64,000 nucleotides of DNA from Chloroflexota bacterium (GTDB lineage Bacteria; Chloroflexota; UBA11872; VXNJ01), in NCBI GenBank assembly GCA_965207915.1, contig OZ242304.1, forward strand, positions 92,524-156,523, given 5' to 3'. Shown here one piece after another: positions 17,788-26,502 of the stretch (position 1 is the first letter of the stretch; every line of letters starts with the position of its first letter). The notes below the pieces were generated by a model. It worked only from the letters and a program-made list of their open reading frames with translations. It had not been told where the DNA came from and searched no databases. Position numbers and translations under genes: made by a program.

Positions 17788-19776
17788 ATGAGCATTTCCA
17801 ACCCCACGCGTCGCTTAGACGCCGCAACCGCCGGCGTTCACCCGCTGGATCCGCTCACGACCGTGGAGATTGACGCGGTGGTGGGCCTGATCCGCGCAGA
17901 CGCTCGCGCCCCGAAAGCGCCGCGGTTCATAAGCGTGGAAGTGCGCGAACCTCCGAAGGCCGAAGTGCTTGCCTACGATCCGGACGCGGCCTGCGAGCGC
18001 CGGGCGCACGCGGTGCTGCTGGACCGCGACCTGGGGGACTGCATCGAGGTCGTGGTCTCCCTGACGCGCGCGGAAATCGCCAGCTGGCGGGTAGTCGAAG
18101 GAGCGCAACCGGCCATTACCCCGGACGAGGCCGCCGAATGCCAACGCGTGGCGCGCAATTGCCCGGAATTCCTGGCCGCGATCGAAAAACGCGGCGTGAG
18201 CGATCCCGACCTGGTAATGCTCGACCCGTGGTCGGCCGGGCATTACGGCGACGAACCGGCCGACGACAAGGGCCGACGGCTGGTCCGCGCGCTGGCCTAC
18301 GCGCGGGCGGAGGCGCACGACAACGGTTACGCCCGCCCGATCGAAAACCTGCTGACGATCATTGACCTGAATCGGATGGAGGTCGTCCGGGTGGAGGACC
18401 ACGGGGCGGTCCCGCTCCCGCCGGAACCGGCCAATTGGACCGGGCGCTACGTTGCCCCGACGCGCCCGGCGCCCAGCCCGCTCCAGATAACCCAACCGCA
18501 GGGGCCGGGATTTACCATCTGCGGCCGGGAAATCCGCTGGCAGGGATGGCGTTTCCGGATTGGGTTCAATGCCCGCGAGGGGCTGGTCCTGCACACCGTC
18601 GGATACGAGGATGGCGACGGTTTGCGACCGATCCTGTACCGCGCCGCGGTCTCGGAAATGCTGGTGCCCTACGGCGACCCCGGCATCACCAGCTACCGCA
18701 AGAACGCATTCGACGTGGGCGAATACGGGATCGGAGTGACCGCCAATTCGCTGGCCCTGGGTTGTGATTGCCTGGGCGAGATTCGCTACCTCGACGCCCA
18801 CATGGTCGACTCGTCCGGCAATCCCAGGACCATCAAGAACGCGGTTTGCCTGCACGAGGAGGATGACGGCATCCTCTGGAAGCACACCGATTGGCGCACC
18901 GGCGATGTGGAAGTACGCAGATCGCGCCGGCTGGTGGTCTCCTTCATAACCACCGTCGGGATCTACGAATACGGCTTCTACTGGATCTTCGGCCAGGACG
19001 GGTCGCTAGAGCTAGAGGTAAAGCTCACCGGAATACCGAGCGTCACGGCGCTGGCGCCGGGCGAACGGCCGGAGCACGGCGTGGAGGTGGCGCCCTGCCT
19101 CAGCGCCACCGTGCACCAGCATTTCTTCAACGTCCGGATGGACCTGGACGTGGACGGCCCGGGTAACAGCGTCCAGGAGGTGGATGCGGTCGGCCTGCCG
19201 CCGGGCGAGGACAATCCGCACCTGAACGCGTTCGTCGCCCGGCCCAGGACCCTCGAATCGGAAGCGGTTGCGCGCCGACGCTGCGAGCCCTCGGCCAGCC
19301 GCTATTGGCAGATCGTCAACCCCAACGCCCGAAACCGCACCGGACAGCCGACCGGCTACCGCCTGGTCCCGGGCGAGAACTCGGTTCCACTGGCCCATGA
19401 GGCGGCGGTGGTTTCACGGCGGGCCGGATTCCTGCGGCACCATCTTTGGGTGACCGCCTACGATCCGGCCGAACGGTTTGCGGCTGGCGACTACCCGAAC
19501 CAGCGCCCCGGCGATGCCGGGCTCGCCAGATGGTCGGGCAAGAACCGCCCGCTTGCCAATACCGACCTTGTCGTCTGGTACACGTTCGGCCACACGCACA
19601 TCCCGCGCACCGAGGAATGGCCGGTCATGCCGGCGCACAAGATCGGTTTCATGCTCAAGCCGGACGGTTTCTTCCAAAACAACCCGGCGCTCGGTCTGCC
19701 CGGCGAAATCGAGAGCATTCTCAGTGAAGACGGATTGACCGGAAACGGCGAATCGAGCGGAGCGGGCTGCCACTGA
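17788..19776 (+). CDS. copper-containing primary amine oxidase (TPQ enzyme family)
   Basis: HPLDPLT N-terminus; catalytic-base region AFDVGEYGIG; TPQ region TTVGIYEYGFYW; Cu ligands in VHQHFF and FGHTHIPRTEEWPVMP. Start at ATG 17788 (MSISNP). Confidence 0.9.
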   Translation: MSISNPTRRLDAATAGVHPLDPLTTVEIDAVVGLIRADARAPKAPRFISVEVREPPKAEVLAYDPDAACERRAHAVLLDRDLGDCIEVVVSLTRAEIASWRVVEGAQPAITPDEAAECQRVARNCPEFLAAIEKRGVSDPDLVMLDPWSAGHYGDEPADDKGRRLVRALAYARAEAHDNGYARPIENLLTIIDLNRMEVVRVEDHGAVPLPPEPANWTGRYVAPTRPAPSPLQITQPQGPGFTICGREIRWQGWRFRIGFNAREGLVLHTVGYEDGDGLRPILYRAAVSEMLVPYGDPGITSYRKNAFDVGEYGIGVTANSLALGCDCLGEIRYLDAHMVDSSGNPRTIKNAVCLHEEDDGILWKHTDWRTGDVEVRRSRRLVVSFITTVGIYEYGFYWIFGQDGSLELEVKLTGIPSVTALAPGERPEHGVEVAPCLSATVHQHFFNVRMDLDVDGPGNSVQEVDAVGLPPGEDNPHLNAFVARPRTLESEAVARRRCEPSASRYWQIVNPNARNRTGQPTGYRLVPGENSVPLAHEAAVVSRRAGFLRHHLWVTAYDPAERFAAGDYPNQRPGDAGLARWSGKNRPLANTDLVVWYTFGHTHIPRTEEWPVMPAHKIGFMLKPDGFFQNNPALGLPGEIESILSEDGLTGNGESSGAGCH

Positions 19777-19809
19777 ACCGATCGCGGCCGGTACGCGCCG
19801 GCGGTTCAT

Positions 19810-19835
19810 GTCCGCCGCGCGGCGGACTGTTTCTG
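19810..19835 (+). terminator. intrinsic terminator candidate after the amine oxidase gene
   Basis: The 18-nt perfect palindrome GTCCGCCGCGCGGCGGAC (19810-19827) is followed by TGTTTCTG, 34 nt past the stop codon. Confidence 0.45.
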
Positions 19836-19852
19836 CCCAGGCGCCTTCCAGG

Positions 19853-21355
19853 TCAGGTCGGTCGGTACTGCGCCTCCGGCTCGAAGGGATATAGCGGCCG
19901 GCGCCGACGACGGTAATCGAATGTTGAGAGGTCGGCGCTGGTGAGCCCGGGCGTATTGACCAGGACTATCCGCGATGCGATCGGTTCGTAAGCGGGTCGC
20001 GGCGAAACGACTCCTTTGGCCACCACCATGCGGTACTCCTCCGGCCGGATGCCGACCGCGTACATCTGCTCGCGGGACGTATTGCCGTCCCGGTGGCTGG
20101 TCAGCACCAGGGTGTGTCCGTCGGAGGTTTCAAGCACCGCGGTCGTCCCGGAATCAAAGAACCGGTAGCCAGCATGGGTGGGACCACTGTCCTCGTATTT
20201 GCCGTCCGAAATCCTGGCGACCCTGGCGCTGACCGAAACGGGGGCGCCGTGCAATCCGTCGGTCTTGCCGCCGACCATCAATTCGACCTGACTGCCCACA
20301 CCCGAGGCCAGGCAGGCCTGCACCGCGGCAGGATCGTAAAGGGTCTGCAGCAGGCTGCGGATCCCCAGTTGCTGCGCCCGGCTCAGTATGTGGGTCGAAT
20401 CGACCGACGATCCCCCGCCGATGTTGTCGCCTACGTCCATCAAGACCACCGGGCCGGTCGCGCGGTCGTCCGGTCGATGGCTGGCGGCAATCGCAAGTGC
20501 TTCATCGATGCCGGGTATTTTCGCGTCCATTTCGGCCCGACGTTCCCAGGCGCGTTTAGCCATCCAGGTACACCGCCGGCGGGCCAGGCCCGGATCGCCG
20601 TCGGACACGACCAGGAATGACATCCCCATTTCCGCCACGTCGGCGTAGGGATAGCCTTCGGCGATCGATGTCGATAGAACTCCGGGCTCGGACTGGACCG
20701 CCAGGCTGTCTTCGACCAGCCCCCGCATGGGTTCTTCGCCGGTGAACTGGCGCACGATGTTGATGACCAGCGGGGGCGTTTCAAGCCACTGCCGGGGCCG
20801 GATCTCGCCATTGGCGGTTCGGTAAATCAATTCGGCGCACTCGAAGCCTCGCTGAAGGGCGTCGAGGTGCGGATTGGTGCGATAGATGGTCACGACGTCG
20901 GTTGCCCGGATCGTCGCCGGCGAGATGTTTCCGTGCATGTCGAGGGCCATCCCGACCGGGGTTTGCGGACCGACCACGTTGCGGACCCGGGCCGCGATTT
21001 CGCCGTCCACGTCGGGGTATTCTTCCGAAACCGCCGCGCCGTGATTGGCCAGCAAAACGCCGTCCCAGGGACCCCCGTCGCGCAGCATGTCGATCATTTC
21101 GCCGACTATCCGGTCGAACGCGTCCTTGGTGATTAGTCCGATCGGGCCGGTGCGGGCGTGCAGCAACGGGACAGCTTCGAACCCGAGCTCCCGGCCGGCT
21201 TCAAGAAATCCGGCCAGGGTGGCCTGCGATCGCCCGAATTTCTCCACGATCTGGCCGTGGCGCAGAATCCCCTCCCGCTCGAACGCGGCGTAGTCGGCCG
21301 GCACTGACGAGAAGGTGTTGGTCTCGTGCGAGAGCCCGAGCAAGGCAAACCTCAT
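19853..21355 (-). CDS. M81 family metallopeptidase (MlrC/microcystinase C-like)
   Basis: MRFALLGLSHETNTFS N-terminus and overall 500-aa two-domain layout typical of MlrC (DUF1485 + MlrC_C). Confidence 0.85.
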   Translation of the reverse strand: MRFALLGLSHETNTFSSVPADYAAFEREGILRHGQIVEKFGRSQATLAGFLEAGRELGFEAVPLLHARTGPIGLITKDAFDRIVGEMIDMLRDGGPWDGVLLANHGAAVSEEYPDVDGEIAARVRNVVGPQTPVGMALDMHGNISPATIRATDVVTIYRTNPHLDALQRGFECAELIYRTANGEIRPRQWLETPPLVINIVRQFTGEEPMRGLVEDSLAVQSEPGVLSTSIAEGYPYADVAEMGMSFLVVSDGDPGLARRRCTWMAKRAWERRAEMDAKIPGIDEALAIAASHRPDDRATGPVVLMDVGDNIGGGSSVDSTHILSRAQQLGIRSLLQTLYDPAAVQACLASGVGSQVELMVGGKTDGLHGAPVSVSARVARISDGKYEDSGPTHAGYRFFDSGTTAVLETSDGHTLVLTSHRDGNTSREQMYAVGIRPEEYRMVVAKGVVSPRPAYEPIASRIVLVNTPGLTSADLSTFDYRRRRRPLYPFEPEAQYRPT

Positions 21356-21429
21356 CGGCGGCCGCCGTCGGCGCCGACCGGTTGCGCTGCCGAGGGTTCT
21401 TTACCAGTCCGAACCCGAGCGGTCACCAT

Positions 21430-22380
21430 TCAAACGTCCCGATCCGCGTGCAAACCGGCGAATTCGACGCCGGTCAACTGCGCCGACATCTCCCAGACCC
21501 GTTGCGCATGCGGCTCGCTGCGGGACAGCCGTGAAGACGAAACCAGGACCGGGTGCCCGCGTTCGCCGAAGAGGCCCCGCGGGCCGTAATACTGCCCGCC
21601 GACCGCTTCCGGCGCGGTGGCCGCGCGCAGTATCGGGAGGGCCCCCATCGGCGGTCCCTGGATCAGCCTGCTTCGCAGCCACTGTCGCCAGCGCGGGCGC
21701 CTTCGCCCGAACCGGCTGCCGAGATTCGTCGCCGTGTAGCCGGGATGGGCGGCCAGCGAAGCGGCGTCGATCCCGGCCCGGCTGAAAAGGCGTTCCAGGT
21801 GATAGGCGAACAGCAGGTTGTAGAGCTTCGAGCGCGCGTACGCGCCCCAGGTGGAGTAGTTGGCTTCGGAGTGCATCAGCCCTTCGCGATCGATCCGCCC
21901 GAAACGGTGCATCAGGCTGCTCACCGTCACGATACGCGACCCGGGGGTTCCGGCGATCATGCCGAGCAAACGTCCGGTCAGGGCAAAGTGGCCCAGGTGG
22001 TTGATCCCGACGTGGAGCTCGAACCCGTCGCGGGTCCGCAGGTAGGGCGCGGCCATTACTCCGGCGTTGTTGACCAGGATGTCGAGACTTGAATGACGTC
22101 GCTGGAATTCGTCGGCGAAATCGGCGATCGACTCCAGGCAGGCCAGGTCGAGATCCATCAACTTGGCGCGCGCCCCGGGCACTGATGCCCGCAACCCGGC
22201 TAGGGCGGCCCCGCCCCGTTCGGGCGAGCGACAGGCCAAGATCGTCTCGGCCCCCTGCCGGGCCAATTCGACCGCGGCGGCGTATCCGGTCCCGCTGCTG
22301 GCCCCGGTCACCAGGGCGATCCGCCCATTCAGTTCGGGGATGTCCGCAGCCGTCCAGCGACCGGACCATCTGCCGCCCAC
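21430..22380 (-). CDS. SDR family oxidoreductase (retinol dehydrogenase/WWOX-like)
   Basis: IALVTGASSGTGYA, NNAG, and YARSKL (Y..K). GTG start with GGGAGG 7 nt upstream. Confidence 0.85.
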   Translation of the reverse strand: MGGRWSGRWTAADIPELNGRIALVTGASSGTGYAAAVELARQGAETILACRSPERGGAALAGLRASVPGARAKLMDLDLACLESIADFADEFQRRHSSLDILVNNAGVMAAPYLRTRDGFELHVGINHLGHFALTGRLLGMIAGTPGSRIVTVSSLMHRFGRIDREGLMHSEANYSTWGAYARSKLYNLLFAYHLERLFSRAGIDAASLAAHPGYTATNLGSRFGRRRPRWRQWLRSRLIQGPPMGALPILRAATAPEAVGGQYYGPRGLFGERGHPVLVSSSRLSRSEPHAQRVWEMSAQLTGVEFAGLHADRDV

Positions 22381-22477
22381 GGGTCAACCTCCCAAATCTG
22401 CAACCCGGCCAATCATGCCCGTCGGGTCACCAAAATTTTCCGGAATCGGCCGCGGCGCGGGCACTCTCTCCCGCGGA

Positions 22478-23098
22478 CTAGGGACCAGATTTCCGTCCGA
22501 TGCGGCGGTGGGTCCAGCCAATGCCGGCGCGGCCCGCGATGGCAAACGTCGCGGCGAGGAAATTAAACAGGATGTCGACCGGATCGAAATGGCGGCCGGG
22601 GATAAACAACTGCACCAACTCGTCGAGCGTCCCGACCAGGGTGGTGAGCACGAGCGCCCAGAGCCAGGCGAAGGGCACCCGGCGGCCTCCGGCGACCCGT
22701 TCGGCCAGCGCGGCATAGACGAATGCACCCAGGACCGCGTATTCGACCAGGTGCGAGCGTTCCGCCAGCACCGCGGTGCGCAGGAACAGCATCAACAGCA
22801 TGGCGGTCGCCCCGACCGCGATTACCAGGTTTAGACCGCTCGGCCTTTGGTTCAGGCCCTGGATGAGAACGGTGGCGGCAACCAGGATCATGCCGGCCAG
22901 GAATATGAACGCCGCGGCCGCCTCGAGCAACCCGGCAGCGGCCAGCTCCCCGGCCAACCAGCCACCAAACCCCAGGGTCGCGAAGATCGCCGCAATCACC
23001 GCTAGCACCAAGTACCACATGCGGCGCTCGCGAGTTGACGCGAATAGCCCTGCTGCCGCCCAGTTTGCGAAACGGCGATCCGGTGGACCCGGATTCAT
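22478..23098 (-). CDS. VanZ-like family membrane protein
   Basis: Four or five hydrophobic helices; LDELVQLFIPGRHFDPVDILFN is the VanZ signature region. The start is uncertain (M1 or the internal MWYLV). Confidence 0.7.
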   Translation of the reverse strand: MNPGPPDRRFANWAAAGLFASTRERRMWYLVLAVIAAIFATLGFGGWLAGELAAAGLLEAAAAFIFLAGMILVAATVLIQGLNQRPSGLNLVIAVGATAMLLMLFLRTAVLAERSHLVEYAVLGAFVYAALAERVAGGRRVPFAWLWALVLTTLVGTLDELVQLFIPGRHFDPVDILFNFLAATFAIAGRAGIGWTHRRIGRKSGP

Positions 23099-23155
23099 AC
23101 AAGACCCCCGGCCAGCAAGATCTCTCCGGGCCCGGCGCGATTCATGCCAGTCGAA

Positions 23156-23761
23156 TCAGGTTGTTGCGCCGGTGGCGCGGTCGAATAGATCTAGCACCCG
23201 GTCCGAGGGCGGGGCGGTCAGGAGGCAGGCCACAACCCCGGCCAGCATCGAAACAATGAATCCCGGCGTGGCCGGTTGTACGTCCCAGATGCCGCCCGAA
23301 CCACCGCTTTGCAGCGCCCAGATGGAGGCCACCAGGGTCCCCGACAGGATCGAAATGACCGCGCCCCAGCGGTTGAAGCGCCGCCAGTAGAGGGCCAGGA
23401 TCGTGACCGGCCCGAACGCTGCCCCCATCCCACCCCAGGCGTAGCTGACGAATTCGAAGATCGATTCCGGATGCAGGATCGGGATGGCTGCTCCCACACA
23501 GCCGATGACCACCAGCAGCGCCCGGCCCAGCCAAACACGCGATTTTTCCTGGATGCGAGCGGCATATTCCCGGATCCCAGGGAGGTCTCCGGTCGCAACC
23601 GCCGAGGCCAGCAGCAGCTGCGAATCGGCGGTGCTCATCACCGCCGCGATCACCGCCGTCAGCAAAAGACCGGCGACAGCGGGATGGAAGAAAAACTCCG
23701 AAACGACCAGATAGACGCGCTCGGAATCTCCGAGCTGATCGAGCAGGCCGGCGTCGGCTAG
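23156..23761 (-). pseudogene. putP: sodium:solute (proline) symporter, C-terminal fragment separated by IS insertion
   Basis: ADAGLLDQLGDSERVYLVVSEFFFHPAVAGLLLTAVIAAVMSTADSQLL ... SYAWGGMGAAFGPV is collinear with the C-terminal third of PutP. The 344-aa ORF-track entry continues as nonsense into the IS. Confidence 0.85.
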
Positions 23762-25351
23762 GAGCCTGCGCCGCAGAAACCCGTGAAGGAGGATCGCCCT
23801 TCCCGGCAAGGTGAGAATCGGTTGATCGCCACGTCCCCCGGATCCGCCCCCATGCCGACGACCTTCCGCGACTACCATCCCGATCAGCCCATCATGATGC
23901 CGCCCGACGTGCGCGAATGGCTGCCGGCCGACGATCTTTGCTACCAGGTCTCCGATCTGGTCGACGCGATGGACCTTGCCGCCTTCTACGCCCCCTACGC
24001 CGGCGACGGGCGCCGCAACCGTCCCTACGAACCGGCGCTGATGGTCAAGCTGCTGCTGTACGGCTACGCCGTCGGGGTGTTCTCCTCGCGCCGGATCGAA
24101 CGCGCCCTGCAGCGCGACGTCGGCTTCCGCTACCTGGCCGCCGGCAACCTCCCCCGCCACCGCACGATCTGCGAGTTCCGCCGCCGTCACCTGGGGGACT
24201 TCAAGGACCTGTTCGTGCAGGTGGTGCGAGTAGCCCGCGAGCTGGGGCTGACAAAGCTGGGGACCCTGGCCATCGACTCAAGCAAGGTGAAGGCAAGCGC
24301 CTCCAGGCGCAAGGCCATGACCTACTCCCGCATGCTGGAGCAGGAGCGGAAGCTGCGCGAGGAGATCGCAGGCCTGCTGGAGCGCGCCGAGGCGATCGAT
24401 GCGGCCGAGGACGAGCTGTACGGGGAGGACTCCGACGGCGGCGACGAGATACCCGAGGAGCTGCGGCGCCGCTCCGACCGCCTGCAGGCCATCGCCGCGG
24501 CCAAGCAGCGCCTGGAGGAGAAGGCCCGCCGGTTCGACGAGAAGCGCGGGCGAAAACCCGGCCAGAAGCGCAATCCCAGGGGCGGTGCGCCCTACAAGCG
24601 CCCCTACGGGGAGCCCGACCCCGGGGCCCAGCACAACTTCACCGATCCCGAATCCTCCATCATGAACACCTCCACCGAGGGCTTCCAGCAGGCGTATAAC
24701 GCCCAGGCGGCCGTGGACGGGGAGTCGCGCCTGATCGTGGCGGTGGACGTTACCGGCTCGGCCTCCGACGCCGGCCAGCTGGCGAACATGCTGGAGCGGA
24801 CCGGGAACAACACCGGTCTGGCGCCGGCCGTCGTCCTGGCCGACTCCGGCTACGCCGACGAAAAGGTCTTCAGGTCCCTTGAGGAGAAGGGGATCGAGGC
24901 CTACGTGGCCCAGGGCCGCGAGGGCCGGACCGGGCGCCCGGTCCGCGGCGCGGCCCGCGCGCGCATGGCCGCCAGGCTCTCCACCGCGGAGGGCAGGAAG
25001 CTGTACGCGGCCCGCAAGCACATCGCCGAACCCCCGTTCGGCTGGATAAAGCAGGTACTGGGCTTCAGGCGCTTCAGCGTGCGGGGACTGGACAAGGTCA
25101 GGGGCGAATGGGCCCTGGTGTGCCTGGCGCTCAACGCCAGAAGGCTAAATGCGGTTAAGGCGTGAGCGGGTGGCGCGGATCCCCATGATCTGGCCCGGAA
25201 TCGCGGCCGTGGGCGCGGGACGAGGGCTTGCGGCAGGCCGCAACGGCGGCGGACAGGTGCTCGGAGCGACGAAGCGGCGCGACTTCGGCGCAAAAATGAT
25301 CAGCCGGCTGAAACCGGGTCGTCCGCGCTCTTCCTGCGGCGCGGGCTCCTA
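23759..25351 (+). mobile_element. IS1182-family insertion sequence (about 1.59 kb) inserted in putP
   Basis: Imperfect terminal inverted repeats: 23759-23779 TAGGAGCCTGCGCCGCAGAAA versus the reverse complement of 25331-25351, TAGGAGCCCGCGCCGCAGGAA (19/21). CTAG is present at both junctions (23758-23761 and 25349-25352). The element carries a single intact transposase ORF. Confidence 0.85.
23852..25165 (+). CDS. IS1182-family DDE transposase
   Basis: The N-terminal InsH-type domain (PYEPALMVKLLLYGYAVGVFSSRRIERALQRDVGFRYLAG) is followed by a central acidic coiled-coil region and a C-terminal DDE domain (VLADSGY..., EPPFGWIK). Start at MPTTFRDYHPDQ. Confidence 0.9.
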   Translation: MPTTFRDYHPDQPIMMPPDVREWLPADDLCYQVSDLVDAMDLAAFYAPYAGDGRRNRPYEPALMVKLLLYGYAVGVFSSRRIERALQRDVGFRYLAAGNLPRHRTICEFRRRHLGDFKDLFVQVVRVARELGLTKLGTLAIDSSKVKASASRRKAMTYSRMLEQERKLREEIAGLLERAEAIDAAEDELYGEDSDGGDEIPEELRRRSDRLQAIAAAKQRLEEKARRFDEKRGRKPGQKRNPRGGAPYKRPYGEPDPGAQHNFTDPESSIMNTSTEGFQQAYNAQAAVDGESRLIVAVDVTGSASDAGQLANMLERTGNNTGLAPAVVLADSGYADEKVFRSLEEKGIEAYVAQGREGRTGRPVRGAARARMAARLSTAEGRKLYAARKHIAEPPFGWIKQVLGFRRFSVRGLDKVRGEWALVCLALNARRLNAVKA

Positions 25352-26234
25352 GGGCGGAATGGGCCATCAGGCCGACGGCCAGGGCCAGACCGTAAACGGC
25401 GATAAGCCAGACGACGGAGAGGTTACGGCTGCCTTCGACCCGGGCGCGGCTCTCTAGGGCCATGAACCGCTGCAATATCCGCTGAGCACCGAACGCCCCT
25501 AACGCCCAACCGGCCGTGGAAAGGAAAAACAGGGGAGTCAGGATTGCGCCGTCGACGTCGCTGAAGGGGTTCCAGAACCCCGTCCGGTCCTCGGCCCCGA
25601 TGGTGGGCGAGAGGTTGAGTGCCAGCGTTACCGCGATCAGCAGGAGACTGGCCAGCATCAGCAGGGCCTGGAAGACATCGGTCCGTGAAACCGCCAGGAA
25701 CCCGCCAATGAGGGTGTAGGAACCCACCGCGGCCAGGGTCAACACGACGCCGGCGACAGGTTCGATGCCAAAGATGGTCTCAAGCAGCTTCGAACCCCCC
25801 ACCAGGCCCGAACTTATGTAGAAGACCACGAACAGAATGGTGACCAACGATGCCAAGGTTCTAATCGCCCCCGAGCGGTCGTCGAAGCGGGTCTCGAAAA
25901 ACTCCGGAATGGTGAGCGCGTCGCGAGCCTCCACCGTGTAGCGGCGCAACCGTTTGGCCAGCAGCGACCAGCTCAACCAGATTCCTATCACTGCGCTTGC
26001 CGGGATCCACCAGGCGACTGCCCCGCCTACGTAGGCAAGCGCCGGGAGGGAGAGCATCGTCCAGGCGCTGGTGGTCGACGAACCGGTGCTCAGGGCGGTC
26101 GTAAAACTGCCCAGACGCCGTGCCCCAAGCACGTAATCGGACATATTGCGCATCCGTCGGGCCCGCAACACCGCGATCCCGATCAGGAGCAGGAAATAGG
26201 CTCCGAACGGCACGATGATCCATTGAGTTGCCAT
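25349..26234 (-). pseudogene. putP: sodium:solute (proline) symporter, N-terminal fragment
   Basis: MSDYVLGARRLGSFTTALSTGSSTTSAW..., TIPEFFETRFDD and IGGFLAVSRTDVFQ are collinear with the PutP N-terminal two-thirds. The genuine sequence ends at ..GLMAHSAL, at the IS junction. Confidence 0.85.
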
Positions 26235-26502
26235 CGCGCCTCAATCAATTGCGGTTGTCGATCGCGGAACCACATTGGCCGCGGAATCCGCCGGAAGCGG
26301 AACCGCATTGCGGTCGCGGCGAAATTCTCCCTTGCTTCGGCATTGGCCGAATTCATTCGCCGCACTCTCCGTTTTGAGCCACCTGCGGAGGATCCGACCC
26401 ACATTGGAATGCGATCGGAGTTGGTCCGGCCGCGGCAAACTCGCGCAGTTACCCTATGCACGGGTGTTTGATGCTGGCCGGCATCCGGCAGCGGAGGGTT
26501 AC

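Noticed and set aside
23762-24190. Continuation of the 344-aa minus-strand ORF from putP into the IS.
   Set aside because: Beyond the junction the translation loses all symporter similarity and lies antisense to the transposase gene. It is read-through of the interrupted gene, not a fusion protein domain.
25166-25351. 67-aa ORF (25149..25352) in the right arm of the IS as a second IS gene.
   Set aside because: It has no SD and a low-complexity Arg/Gly-rich translation, and IS1182-family elements normally carry a single transposase gene.
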